A stretch of DNA of 49,466 nt from the NCBI GenBank assembly GCA_004297735.1, contig SCTI01000001.1, forward strand, positions 1 through 49,466, read 5' to 3'. Both the position numbers and the translations under genes were made by a program. This document shows, piece after piece, positions 24,022-34,262 of this stretch (the first letter of the stretch is position 1; every line of letters begins with the position of its first letter). The notes beneath the pieces are model-generated. The model was not told where the DNA came from. It made no database searches and saw only the letters and a list, made by a program, of their open reading frames with translations. This DNA is from Patescibacteria group bacterium. GTDB lineage: Bacteria > Patescibacteriota > Saccharimonadia > UBA4664 > SCTI01.

Positions 24022-24333
24022 ATGAGAAAGATTCAAGTCAACAAAATAGGGGTCGCCTCATTTGGTAAGGTGGTCGGCTTTACTCAGGCAATCATTGCCT
24101 TTGTATACGGTCTACTGGTTAGCTTTTCGGCGGTTGCTGGCATTCTGGGCAGTAACAACGACTGGCTAGCTAAGATGGGTATTAGCTTGAGCGTGGCAGT
24201 GTTTGCCGTGTTTATCCTGCCGCTAGTAGGGTTCGTTTTTGGCTGGGTGCAGGGCGTGATTGCAGCCGCAGTCTTGAACGTGGTCTTTAGCGAATCAAAG
24301 GGCCTCGAGCTGGAAGTCCAAGACGTTAAGTAA
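24022..24333 (+). CDS. small membrane protein (3 TM helices)
   Basis: 103 aa with SD AGGAG upstream and a terminator downstream. Confidence 0.55.
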   Translation: MRKIQVNKIGVASFGKVVGFTQAIIAFVYGLLVSFSAVAGILGSNNDWLAKMGISLSVAVFAVFILPLVGFVFGWVQGVIAAAVLNVVFSESKGLELEVQDVK

Positions 24334-24340
24334 GCGTTAA

Positions 24341-26021
<1,681 letters not shown>

Positions 26022-26147
26022 ACCCAATATAGTACCTTGTACTTTATTTTTTATCGAGCACAGCCGTTTTGGCTTTAGCATAAGCGTTTTTGGCTTGATA
26101 AAGCCAATAAAACATTGTACGATTGTAGATTACTAACTGAGGTCCGG

Positions 26148-26741
26148 ATGGAGCGGTTTGCTTTTCATCACCCAAAACTATATAGACGCAGCCTAATGGC
26201 GATCCTGATCGTAATGATTGCGAGTGGTCTTGGCTCGGTGTTTGCCGGCGGTTCTAGCCGTGCCGACAGCCAGCCGGGCTTGCAGGTTAGCCCTAAGATG
26301 CAGCCGCCGGTCCAAAAGGCGGCTGCTAATACCAGAAAATCGGTTCGTCCAAGCGGTTGGTCTGGTGTGACCAAGCTGCCTGGTAGCGACGGTAGCGGGT
26401 CGGTGGCCTCGGCGCAGTCCACGCCAAAAGCGGCGGCGACAACGGCTATCCCATTGGGATCGGGCAGCTCAATGGCCTTGGGCCGTTCGCTTAACGCGGT
26501 GCAGTTTGGCGATGAGCATTGGCCGGCGCTTCAAGCGCTGTGGACGCGCGAGTCAAACTGGAACCCGGCGGCCCGTAATCGCTCAAGCGGAGCTTGTGGT
26601 ATTCCACAGGCGCTACCGTGTTCAAAAATTAAGGACATGAGCCCGCAGGGTCAGATTGAATGGGGGCTTAACTATATTCAGCAGCGTTATGGCACGCCGA
26701 CTAAGGCATGGCAGTTCTGGCTGGCCCACCACTGGTATTAG
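26148..26741 (+). CDS. secreted lysozyme-like / SLT-type transglycosylase domain protein
   Basis: Signal-like N-terminus. The C-terminal motif is ALWTRESNWNPAARNRSSGACGIPQALP, typical of small actinobacterial and Firmicute lytic transglycosylase-like proteins. The ORF is open from 26115. Confidence 0.7.
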   Translation: MERFAFHHPKLYRRSLMAILIVMIASGLGSVFAGGSSRADSQPGLQVSPKMQPPVQKAAANTRKSVRPSGWSGVTKLPGSDGSGSVASAQSTPKAAATTAIPLGSGSSMALGRSLNAVQFGDEHWPALQALWTRESNWNPAARNRSSGACGIPQALPCSKIKDMSPQGQIEWGLNYIQQRYGTPTKAWQFWLAHHWY

Positions 26742-26747
26742 GCTAGT

Positions 26748-27512
26748 CTAGCGGTTGATAAAAGAGGCGGCTAAGTCTCGTCGACTGCGACGGTATCGCC
26801 AGCCGGTGTATCCCATGATGCCGGTGCCAAAAGCGGCGGCTAAACCACCGGTGTCACCGGTTTTAGGTAGCGCAGCTGGTGCCGGTTGTGGTGCTGGAGC
26901 CGGAGCGGGCGCAGGAGCAGGGGCGGTTTGCTGCTGTTGCTGCTGCTGGACCACAATCACTTGGGGAGCTGGTGCGGGCTGCTTGGCTTGAACCTTTTTG
27001 GCAGGTGCGGAGGTTACCGCTTTGGCTTGGACTAAGTTGCCGCAGGCCTTAATAACCGCAAACTGAAACACTCCGTCCTTCATGTAGACAAAGGCTGCTA
27101 GCGAGCTACTCTGGAACGAAACTTCAGTAGAACGAACGTACAGATTGCCATCTTTTTTAGAGCCGGCAATGTTTTGCCGACCATAGCTGCGAGCGCCGGT
27201 TGCCACGGTTTTGTCACCCACGATCACCCGACCACTTTTGGTTACGGTGCCGTTAACCATGTTGTCGGATTTAAGCTCGGCCATGCTGACGCCGCGGCTG
27301 GTAAACTCATGTCGAATCGACTGGCCGCTATGCTGACCATCACCGTTTTGAAGCTTGTTAATCAATTCTTGAGTCGAGTAGGCGCCATTATAAATCATGG
27401 CGTTAGCATCGGCGTCACGCGGGCCGCTGCTCGCAGCCAAGGTTACGCCAGGTGCTAGTACCAAAATAAAACTAAATACAATAGCGACAAATCGCTGCAA
27501 CTTATAAGACAT
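26748..27512 (-). CDS. LPXTG-anchored surface protein
   Basis: 254 aa with a signal peptide. A poly-Q run and an (AP)n linker precede LPKTG, a hydrophobic segment and an RRSRR tail. This is a classical sortase sorting signal. Confidence 0.8.
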   Translation of the reverse strand: MSYKLQRFVAIVFSFILVLAPGVTLAASSGPRDADANAMIYNGAYSTQELINKLQNGDGQHSGQSIRHEFTSRGVSMAELKSDNMVNGTVTKSGRVIVGDKTVATGARSYGRQNIAGSKKDGNLYVRSTEVSFQSSSLAAFVYMKDGVFQFAVIKACGNLVQAKAVTSAPAKKVQAKQPAPAPQVIVVQQQQQQQTAPAPAPAPAPAPQPAPAALPKTGDTGGLAAAFGTGIMGYTGWRYRRSRRDLAASFINR

Positions 27513-27629
27513 CGTTCTTCCCCACTTAAACTACATCTACCCTACATTAGACCAAGATCTTATGCAAAACTCTTAATATATTTCCATACAGAACGCTCAC
27601 TGTCTATGGCAAAATGCACAATTAAATCA

Positions 27630-28634
27630 CTAGGAACGGCGCGGCACAATTAATGGCTGCCGGATAGCCGTGGATGGGCTGGGGTCAATGCAGTCCTGCA
27701 AAAGAGCTTCTATCTGGGCTTTGCTTAGATCTCGTCCAATAAAGACCAGCCGAGTTTTGGGGGTTGATGCTCCCCATTCGTCCCAGCTTAACTCGGCCCG
27801 ACGGCCAACCTGGTGGAATAGATATTTACGCCCCTCACCCTTGGTTCCAAAATCTACAAAGCCTTTGGCACGATAAAGGTTGGTCGGGATCTGTTGATTA
27901 ACAAACCTTTGAAACCGTGCTGGATCCAGCGGCTGGTTAGGCTCAAAGCTAAAGGTAGAGTAGTGGTCGTGGACGTGCTGATGGGAGTGATGGCCATCAT
28001 CGCTCTGATGACTAATGTTCTTATCGTGATCATGCATCTCTTGGTCGAGTAGCAGGCGTACATCAACCCTGGCCTGCTCGGTGACAATAGACCGAGTTCG
28101 TGAATTAATGCCATTAACAAAGTCTTGAGCCTGTCGTAAACGTTTTTGGTCTACCAGGTCGGCTTTGTTTATAATCACAAAGTCACCGTGCTCAACCTGC
28201 TCTTTAGCTAGCTTAATTGAGTCGGGATTACTGTCGTAGTTGGCGGCGTCAAGCACTGCCACCACGGCATCTAGTCGGGCATGATCGCCACAGGCACGCC
28301 TTAAAACCGCGGTTAAATCAGCTGGCTCGGCTAGTCCACTGGCCTCGATTACAATATAGTCGACCGGGCTGCTAGGGTGAGTGAACTGTTCAATAGCCTC
28401 ATCAAGGTCAAGCGAGTCAAGCGTGCAGCACATGCAGCCATTGGTAAGTTCAAGGAGATCATCGCTTTGCTCCTTAACCAGTTCGGCATCAATATTAATG
28501 TCGCCATAATCGTTAACCACCACCCCGATCTTGTAGCCGTGCGGGTTGTTTAAGATCTGCCCCAGCAAGGTGGTTTTTCCGGATCCTAAAAAGCCGGTTA
28601 GAGCGGTAATTGGCACTACGGTTGGCTGCTTCAT
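27630..28634 (-). CDS. COG0523-family (CobW/YjiA/ZigA-like) metallochaperone GTPase with a His-rich insert
   Basis: P-loop GFLGSGKTTLL, metal motif GCMCCT, and the His-rich stretch HDHDKNISHQSDDGHHSHQHVHDH. ATG at 28634 is preferred over the longer ORF, which runs to 28691. Confidence 0.85.
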   Translation of the reverse strand: MKQPTVVPITALTGFLGSGKTTLLGQILNNPHGYKIGVVVNDYGDINIDAELVKEQSDDLLELTNGCMCCTLDSLDLDEAIEQFTHPSSPVDYIVIEASGLAEPADLTAVLRRACGDHARLDAVVAVLDAANYDSNPDSIKLAKEQVEHGDFVIINKADLVDQKRLRQAQDFVNGINSRTRSIVTEQARVDVRLLLDQEMHDHDKNISHQSDDGHHSHQHVHDHYSTFSFEPNQPLDPARFQRFVNQQIPTNLYRAKGFVDFGTKGEGRKYLFHQVGRRAELSWDEWGASTPKTRLVFIGRDLSKAQIEALLQDCIDPSPSTAIRQPLIVPRRS

Positions 28635-28694
28635 GCCAATAAGTATAGCGGCTGTGGATTTTTTATGCTTATAATTGATTCCAAGGAGCAACGC

Positions 28695-29105
28695 ATGTCA
28701 AAAGTACTGATTCTAGAAGACGATAGTCAAATTCGCACCGCCTACACCTACGCCCTGGTTAAAGCCGGACACACCGTGTATGAGGCACCGGATGCCGGTG
28801 TAGCGGCAGCCCTGATTAAGCAAAATCATCCCGAGGTGATTATTTTGGATATGCTGCTGCCGGGCACCTCCGGTCTGGAGATGTTGCGCAACGAGCAGAT
28901 TGCTCAGCAGTACCCTCAGACCAAGATCATCGGTTTTAGCAACATCGATAACCCTAATATCATTAAAGAAGCACAGAGCCTTGGGGTTACTCAATACCTC
29001 CAAAAGGTTGATGTTACTCCAGCTAAGCTGGTTGAGATTATTGAACAGCTACCAGCCGTACCAGCGCCACAAGACAATTTGAGTAAAGACAAAACCGCAC
29101 AGTAA
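28695..29105 (+). CDS. stand-alone response regulator receiver domain (CheY-like)
   Basis: ATG at 28695 after AAGGAG. Motifs LILEDD and IILDMLLPGTSG (phospho-acceptor Asp). There is no output domain and no kinase in the window. Confidence 0.8.
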   Translation: MSKVLILEDDSQIRTAYTYALVKAGHTVYEAPDAGVAAALIKQNHPEVIILDMLLPGTSGLEMLRNEQIAQQYPQTKIIGFSNIDNPNIIKEAQSLGVTQYLQKVDVTPAKLVEIIEQLPAVPAPQDNLSKDKTAQ

Positions 29106-29891
29106 ATTAAGCCACATCCAGCGTCGCCAGCCTTGATTAAAGTTTTTGGTTCGCCAGGACCACCACACATTCAAGGGGTACAGCGAAAGCGCTGCAAGCA
29201 AAATGTAGCTAACCGCCCCGTAGGTCGAGGTTATTATTGCTGCCAAGACAAACAAGGCAATACATAACCAGCTAGTGGCTGTTTGTCCAAGAGCGGTAGC
29301 GATTGAGCCGATTCCAGCCTGCTTATCTGGTTCAATATCCTGAATCGCACCAAAGGCATGGCTAGCCAACCCCCACACGAATAAAGCTAGAATAGCCGGT
29401 ACCAATTGCTGGTTGAAGCCAGCAGCCATTAGACCAAACAGCGCCGGTCCGGCAAAGTGAAAGCTTGAGCTGACCGAGTCGATAAAAGGTCTTTCTTTAA
29501 GGCGAAGCGGCGGCGCGCTATACGCGACGGCATCGATTAAGAGTAGGGCTAAAATTAAAGCAGCAATTAAATTGGCGGTGATTAAATATAATGCAAACGG
29601 TAAGCAAATCACTGTTGAAGCGCCTAAAACAAAGCGATGGTAAGGCTTGGGTATCTTAGCGCCTTCAATACCTCCTTTGCGCGGGTTAAGAATATCGCTT
29701 TCGTAGTCGTAAACATCGTTGACGCCGTACATCAGTAGATTAAACGGGAATAAAAAGAACAGACAGCCTACAGTAAAAAACGGCCCAGGCTGACCTCCTG
29801 CCAGCAAATAGGCTGCCGCAAACGGAAAGGCGGTATTAACCCAAGAGAAAGGACGGGATGCTAGCAGTAAAATTTTAATTCGTTTAATCAC
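29049..29891 (-). CDS. crtEb: UbiA-family prenyltransferase, lycopene elongase-like
   Basis: Multi-TM protein with the Asp-rich motif NDVYDYESD. A GTG start at 29891 overlaps the crtYf stop (GTGATTAA). It is the last gene of the crtYe-crtYf-crtEb arrangement. Confidence 0.7.
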   Translation of the reverse strand: MIKRIKILLLASRPFSWVNTAFPFAAAYLLAGGQPGPFFTVGCLFFLFPFNLLMYGVNDVYDYESDILNPRKGGIEGAKIPKPYHRFVLGASTVICLPFALYLITANLIAALILALLLIDAVAYSAPPLRLKERPFIDSVSSSFHFAGPALFGLMAAGFNQQLVPAILALFVWGLASHAFGAIQDIEPDKQAGIGSIATALGQTATSWLCIALFVLAAIITSTYGAVSYILLAALSLYPLNVWWSWRTKNFNQGWRRWMWLNLLCGFVFTQIVLWRWYGW

Positions 29892-30177
29892 GGCCGAGCA
29901 GTATCCACAGGGAAGGTACGAGTAGAACGACGGCAATGGTGTAGGATAAATCCTCAATCGGCGCCGAACCAATACGAATACCAGATATGAGGCTGGAGTC
30001 GTAATTTACAATTGGCAGGCCGGTCAGCAGGTTGTCAAAGATAACGGTGAGTAAAATCAGCGGTATTACCACCCAGACGAGCTGGCGAAAAAACTGCGGC
30101 TGTTGTCTAGCGGCCATCAAGGCTACGGCTGTGCTAATAATTAAAAATGGAACGCATACTAAAAAATAAACCATCAT
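29884..30177 (-). CDS. crtYf: lycopene cyclase domain protein, small subunit (heterodimeric carotenoid cyclase)
   Basis: About 97 aa with 3 TM helices. Its ATG overlaps the crtYe stop (ATGA). Confidence 0.65.
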   Translation of the reverse strand: MMVYFLVCVPFLIISTAVALMAARQQPQFFRQLVWVVIPLILLTVIFDNLLTGLPIVNYDSSLISGIRIGSAPIEDLSYTIAVVLLVPSLWILLGRD

Positions 30178-30476
30178 TGGGTGCGCCATCTCCAAATCAA
30201 AAGCGTAAGGTAGCTAAGCAGGGTTAAGAACAGCAGTTCTTCAAGCGGGAGATTGGGATGAGCGAGACTAACACCACTAACATAACGTTGGTTTGTGCTA
30301 AAAATTCCTACTAAAATCCCAACTACATCCCAGACTAAAAAGAATAGAACACTGATCGCAACGACGCGGGTGGTTAGTTGCGGCTGGGTAAAAAAAGCCA
30401 GTCGATATCGGTAATCGAGGTAGAACAGGCCGCCCAGAGAGACGACAAGAGTAATAAGGTAGATAAAGTTAGCCAT
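30174..30476 (-). CDS. crtYe: lycopene cyclase domain protein, small subunit (heterodimeric carotenoid cyclase)
   Basis: About 100 aa with 3 TM helices. ATG at 30476 (MANFIYLITL) is preferred over TTG at 30503. Confidence 0.65.
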   Translation of the reverse strand: MANFIYLITLVVSLGGLFYLDYRYRLAFFTQPQLTTRVVAISVLFFLVWDVVGILVGIFSTNQRYVSGVSLAHPNLPLEELLFLTLLSYLTLLIWRWRTQ

Positions 30477-30510
30477 TAATAAATTTATGGTAGCATAGGG
30501 CAAGATTTAT

Positions 30511-32010
30511 ATGGCAAAAGGCAGATCTAAAAAAGTTGTTATTATTGGTGCCGGTCTCGGCGGGTTAAGTGCGGCAATTAGGTTGTTAGCTGCTGGCTAC
30601 CAAGTTGAGCTGTACGAAAAAGAGTCTTTAGCTGGTGGGCGGGCGCAGCTAATTGAGCAGGACGGCTACCGTTTTGATATCGGCCCAACGCTTTTAATGA
30701 TGACCGATGTGCTTGAGCAGACCTTTGCAGTCGCCGGCAAAAACATGGGTGATTATCTTGAGCTCCAGCAGCTTGATCCCAATTATCGGATTGCTTTTGC
30801 CGATGGTAGCGGTATGGTGCTTACCAGTAATCTAGCCGAGCTAACCAAGGAGTTGGCGGCAATCGATCCGGCCGCACCGCAACAGTTCCATCGCTTTTTT
30901 GCCAAGCTGGCGATGATGTACCGACTGGGCCGAGATCGCTACATCGATAAGAATTTTGACTCGCTATTTGACTTTATCGATCCAGTAAGCGGTTTAAACC
31001 TGTTGCGACATGGCGGTCTGCGGAGTCTATACGGCTTGGTTGGTAGCTACTTTACCGACCCACGCTTGCGCCAGGCGTTTAGTTTTCAGTCAATGTATCT
31101 GGGTGTCTCACCCTACGACGCCCCAGCAATTTATGCAATTATTGCGTACATGGAGACGGCTGGTGGGATTTGGTACGCCAAGGGTGGAATGCATCAGGTA
31201 CCTCGAGCGCTGGCTAAGCTGGTAGGTGAGATGGGCGGGGTGATCAAGCTTAACGCTCCGGTTAAGCGAATTGTGGTTGAATCTGGCCGGGCTACCGGGA
31301 TCGAACTAGAGTCGGGCAAAAGAGTGAAGGCAGATATTGTGATTTCAAATGCCGATCTGAGCTACACCTATAATCAACTTTTGACTCCACTTGAGCGGCC
31401 TAAAATGAGCGACCGGAGACTATCTAAGCTTAAACAGTCTTATTCGGCAATGCTGTTTTATTGGGGAGTTAACGCAGACGTATCAAACTTAGAGCACCAT
31501 AATGTGGTATTCAGCCAAGACTATAAGGCCAATTTTGATCAAGTTTTCAACCAAAACGTACTACCAGAAAACCCAGCCTTTTATACCCACGTACCTACTA
31601 AAACCGACCCGACGGTGGCCCCGGAGGGTAGGCATGTTGTTTACACCTTGGTGCCGGTGCCAAACTTGACCGGCAAGGTTGATTGGGCGCAGGCCGAAAA
31701 ACGCTTAAGACAGCACGTATTAACAACTCTAAAGCAAAGATTTGGGGTTGACTTAAGCCGGTCAATTGAAACTGAGGTGGTGTTTGGTCCTCACGACTTT
31801 AAAACCAAATACAACCTGCCGGATGGTGCCGCCTTTGGGCTAACTCATACCTTGGGGCAGTCTGGGTATTTCCGCCCGCATAACTATGTTAAGGGGGTTA
31901 GTGGGCTGTATCTTACTGGTGCGAGCACCTACCCTGGATCGGGTGTGCCAATGGTATTATTGAGTGGTAAATTGGTGGCAGAACGCATAATGCGTGATAT
32001 AAAGAAATAA
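30511..32010 (+). CDS. crtI: phytoene desaturase
   Basis: 499 aa. FAD fold VVIIGAGLGGLSAAIRLLAAGYQVELYEK and the C-terminal motif GASTYPGSGVP. Confidence 0.9.
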   Translation: MAKGRSKKVVIIGAGLGGLSAAIRLLAAGYQVELYEKESLAGGRAQLIEQDGYRFDIGPTLLMMTDVLEQTFAVAGKNMGDYLELQQLDPNYRIAFADGSGMVLTSNLAELTKELAAIDPAAPQQFHRFFAKLAMMYRLGRDRYIDKNFDSLFDFIDPVSGLNLLRHGGLRSLYGLVGSYFTDPRLRQAFSFQSMYLGVSPYDAPAIYAIIAYMETAGGIWYAKGGMHQVPRALAKLVGEMGGVIKLNAPVKRIVVESGRATGIELESGKRVKADIVISNADLSYTYNQLLTPLERPKMSDRRLSKLKQSYSAMLFYWGVNADVSNLEHHNVVFSQDYKANFDQVFNQNVLPENPAFYTHVPTKTDPTVAPEGRHVVYTLVPVPNLTGKVDWAQAEKRLRQHVLTTLKQRFGVDLSRSIETEVVFGPHDFKTKYNLPDGAAFGLTHTLGQSGYFRPHNYVKGVSGLYLTGASTYPGSGVPMVLLSGKLVAERIMRDIKK

Positions 32011-32012
32011 TC

Positions 32013-33104
32013 ATGAATAAAACACTTCAAGACAGCCAGATACTAACCAAATCGGAGTTCCGAGTTTTAGTGGATGAGCGTTTAGCTAAACTTTATGCCG
32101 CTAAGGCTCGTCAGGCTGCCAAAATCGATGCTAGCTATGCCCAGCTGATCGAGGAGATGGCAGCTTTTGTGAATCGAGGGGGCAAACGAATTCGCCCCTA
32201 TTTGATGTACTTAATTTATGCGGGGTACGGGGGCGACCGCCTTGGCGCGGCACTAGATATGGCAGCTAGCCAGGAGCTGTATCACAACTTTCTATTGATA
32301 CACGACGATATTATTGATCGAGACACCACTCGTTATGGTGGTCCTAATATTGCCGGTCGTTACTGCGAACTACTTGGCCGCAATCTGTCGCCGCAAGAGG
32401 CTCGCCATTTTGCCGACGGCATCGCTCTGATGGCGGGCGACACCAATGCCGGACTGGCCTTTGAGCTGATACTAAAATCAGACTTTGATGATTCAACCAA
32501 GGTGCGAGCGGCCGAGCGTATGACCCAAATGATCTTCGAGGTTAGCGGCGGCGAGGTGCTCGACGTGCTGCTGCCATTAGGTGATGCTAGCGAGGTAACC
32601 GAACACCGTCTGCACCAGGTGCTGCATTACAAAACGGCAACCTACAGTTTTGACGCGCCAATGCAATTGGGTGCGATTTTGGCGGGCGCCAACCAAGAGC
32701 AGTTAAATGCAATTCACGATTTGGCCATTCCGGTAGGGTGTGCTTTCCAGTTAACCGATGATCTTTTAGGGATGTTTGGGGATGAGAAAAAGGTTGGTAA
32801 ACCGGTTACCAGTGACCTGGCCGAGGGCAAACGGACCATTTTAATGCAGTATGGTTTTGAGTTGGCTGATGCCGACCAGCGGGCAGTACTTGAGCAACAC
32901 TTTGGCGACCCAAAGGTTAGCGTAGAAGGCCATGCGGAGGTGAAGCGGATTTTGGAGGTGACAGGGGCGCATGCCAAAACCCAGGCTTTAGCGGCCAGCT
33001 ATGCCACCAAGGCCGGGCAGGCTCTTGATCGTCTGGCGCTGGCGGCTCCGGCCAAAGAGGCGCTGGCCGAAATCATGGCCTTTACGGTGAGCCGGCAAAA
33101 GTGA
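32013..33104 (+). CDS. crtE: polyprenyl (geranylgeranyl) diphosphate synthase
   Basis: 363 aa. The first Asp-rich motif is LIHDDIIDRD and the second is FQLTDDLLG. Confidence 0.85.
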   Translation: MNKTLQDSQILTKSEFRVLVDERLAKLYAAKARQAAKIDASYAQLIEEMAAFVNRGGKRIRPYLMYLIYAGYGGDRLGAALDMAASQELYHNFLLIHDDIIDRDTTRYGGPNIAGRYCELLGRNLSPQEARHFADGIALMAGDTNAGLAFELILKSDFDDSTKVRAAERMTQMIFEVSGGEVLDVLLPLGDASEVTEHRLHQVLHYKTATYSFDAPMQLGAILAGANQEQLNAIHDLAIPVGCAFQLTDDLLGMFGDEKKVGKPVTSDLAEGKRTILMQYGFELADADQRAVLEQHFGDPKVSVEGHAEVKRILEVTGAHAKTQALAASYATKAGQALDRLALAAPAKEALAEIMAFTVSRQK

Positions 33105-33985
33105 AGCTAGCCGACCAGGCTATATATGATAAGGCCTCGACGGCCGCTAGCGCTGCAATTACACACACCTACACCACCTCTTTTGGGTGGGCGCTGAAGC
33201 TGCTACCACGGCGACAGCGACAGGCTATCTATGGGATTTACGGCTTTGTGCGCCTAGCCGATGAGCTGGTGGATAGTTTTCCGCCGGCTACTGCTACCGA
33301 GCTGCTGCGGCGGTTGCGTCATGAGCTCAAAGCCGCCAACCTGCTGGGCACGTCAATCAATCCGGTGGTTCAAGCATATATTAAGGTGATGCGTAGTTAT
33401 CAAATTGGCGCAACATTAACCGAAGCTTTTTTGGAGAGCATGGAGATGGATATTGCCAAGCGTTCCTACAGTCAAAAGGAGTATGAGCGCTATATCTATG
33501 GCTCGGCCGAGGTGGTTGGATTGATGTGCTTACGGGTATTTGTTGAGCATAAGGCTTACCTTAAGCTAATGCCGGCGGCACAAAGCTTGGGATCGGCTTT
33601 TCAAAAGGTTAATTTTTTACGCGATTTCGCTAGCGACTACAACGACCGTCAAAGAATTTATTTCCCAGCGGTTGAGTTTGATACTTTTGACGATTTAGCT
33701 AAAGTAAAGGCTGAACAAGACATAATTGGTGATTTTAAGGAGGCTTTAGACGGTTTGAATAAGCTGCCTTGGGCCAGCAGGGTGGCGGTAGCGGTGGCCA
33801 CCCGTTACTACTGGGAGTTACTTCATCGCTTGCAGCGTTACCCGGCTATACGATTGCGCCAAAAGCGGATTAGAGTACCTAACGGTTATAAGCTTATATT
33901 GGCGCTTCAAACCTTGTTGCTACAGGGGTTACTACGGCGCCCGCTTCGCCTTAAGCCGTCACGCCGCTTGCGCGCTTCGGTATAA
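33101..33985 (+). CDS. crtB: phytoene synthase
   Basis: 294 aa. Squalene/phytoene synthase motifs YGFVRLADELVD and YIYGSAEVVGLM. Confidence 0.9.
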   Translation: MKLADQAIYDKASTAASAAITHTYTTSFGWALKLLPRRQRQAIYGIYGFVRLADELVDSFPPATATELLRRLRHELKAANLLGTSINPVVQAYIKVMRSYQIGATLTEAFLESMEMDIAKRSYSQKEYERYIYGSAEVVGLMCLRVFVEHKAYLKLMPAAQSLGSAFQKVNFLRDFASDYNDRQRIYFPAVEFDTFDDLAKVKAEQDIIGDFKEALDGLNKLPWASRVAVAVATRYYWELLHRLQRYPAIRLRQKRIRVPNGYKLILALQTLLLQGLLRRPLRLKPSRRLRASV

Positions 33986-34004
33986 TAGAGGTAAGGAGAA
34001 CCAT

Positions 34005-34262
34005 ATGCCAAACATCAAAGATATTAAGATTTATACCACCTCAACCTGTGTTTACTGTAAGGCCGAAAAAGAGTACTTAACTCAGCACAAAATTCCGTTT
34101 ACCGAGGTTCGAGTTGATACCGACGAGCAGGCGGCCCAAGAAATGATTCAAATCAGCGGGCAAATGGGGGTGCCGTTTACGGTCATCACTAAAAGCGACG
34201 ACAGCCAAGAGGGAATCCTTGGCTTTGATCAGCCACGCTTGCAGGCAGTGCTGGGGCTATAG
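34005..34262 (+). CDS. glutaredoxin-like protein (NrdH/YruB type)
   Basis: 85 aa with the CVYC redox motif after a beta-strand (IKIYTTSTCVYC). It lies directly upstream of trxB. Confidence 0.8.
   Translation: MPNIKDIKIYTTSTCVYCKAEKEYLTQHKIPFTEVRVDTDEQAAQEMIQISGQMGVPFTVITKSDDSQEGILGFDQPRLQAVLGL

Noticed and set aside
26880-26950. A simple-sequence tract (GCTGGT/GGAGC and CTG repeats) that might be an independent microsatellite or repeat element.
   Set aside because: It lies in-frame within the LPXTG protein gene and encodes the poly-Q/(AP)n stalk. It is coding low complexity, not a separate element.
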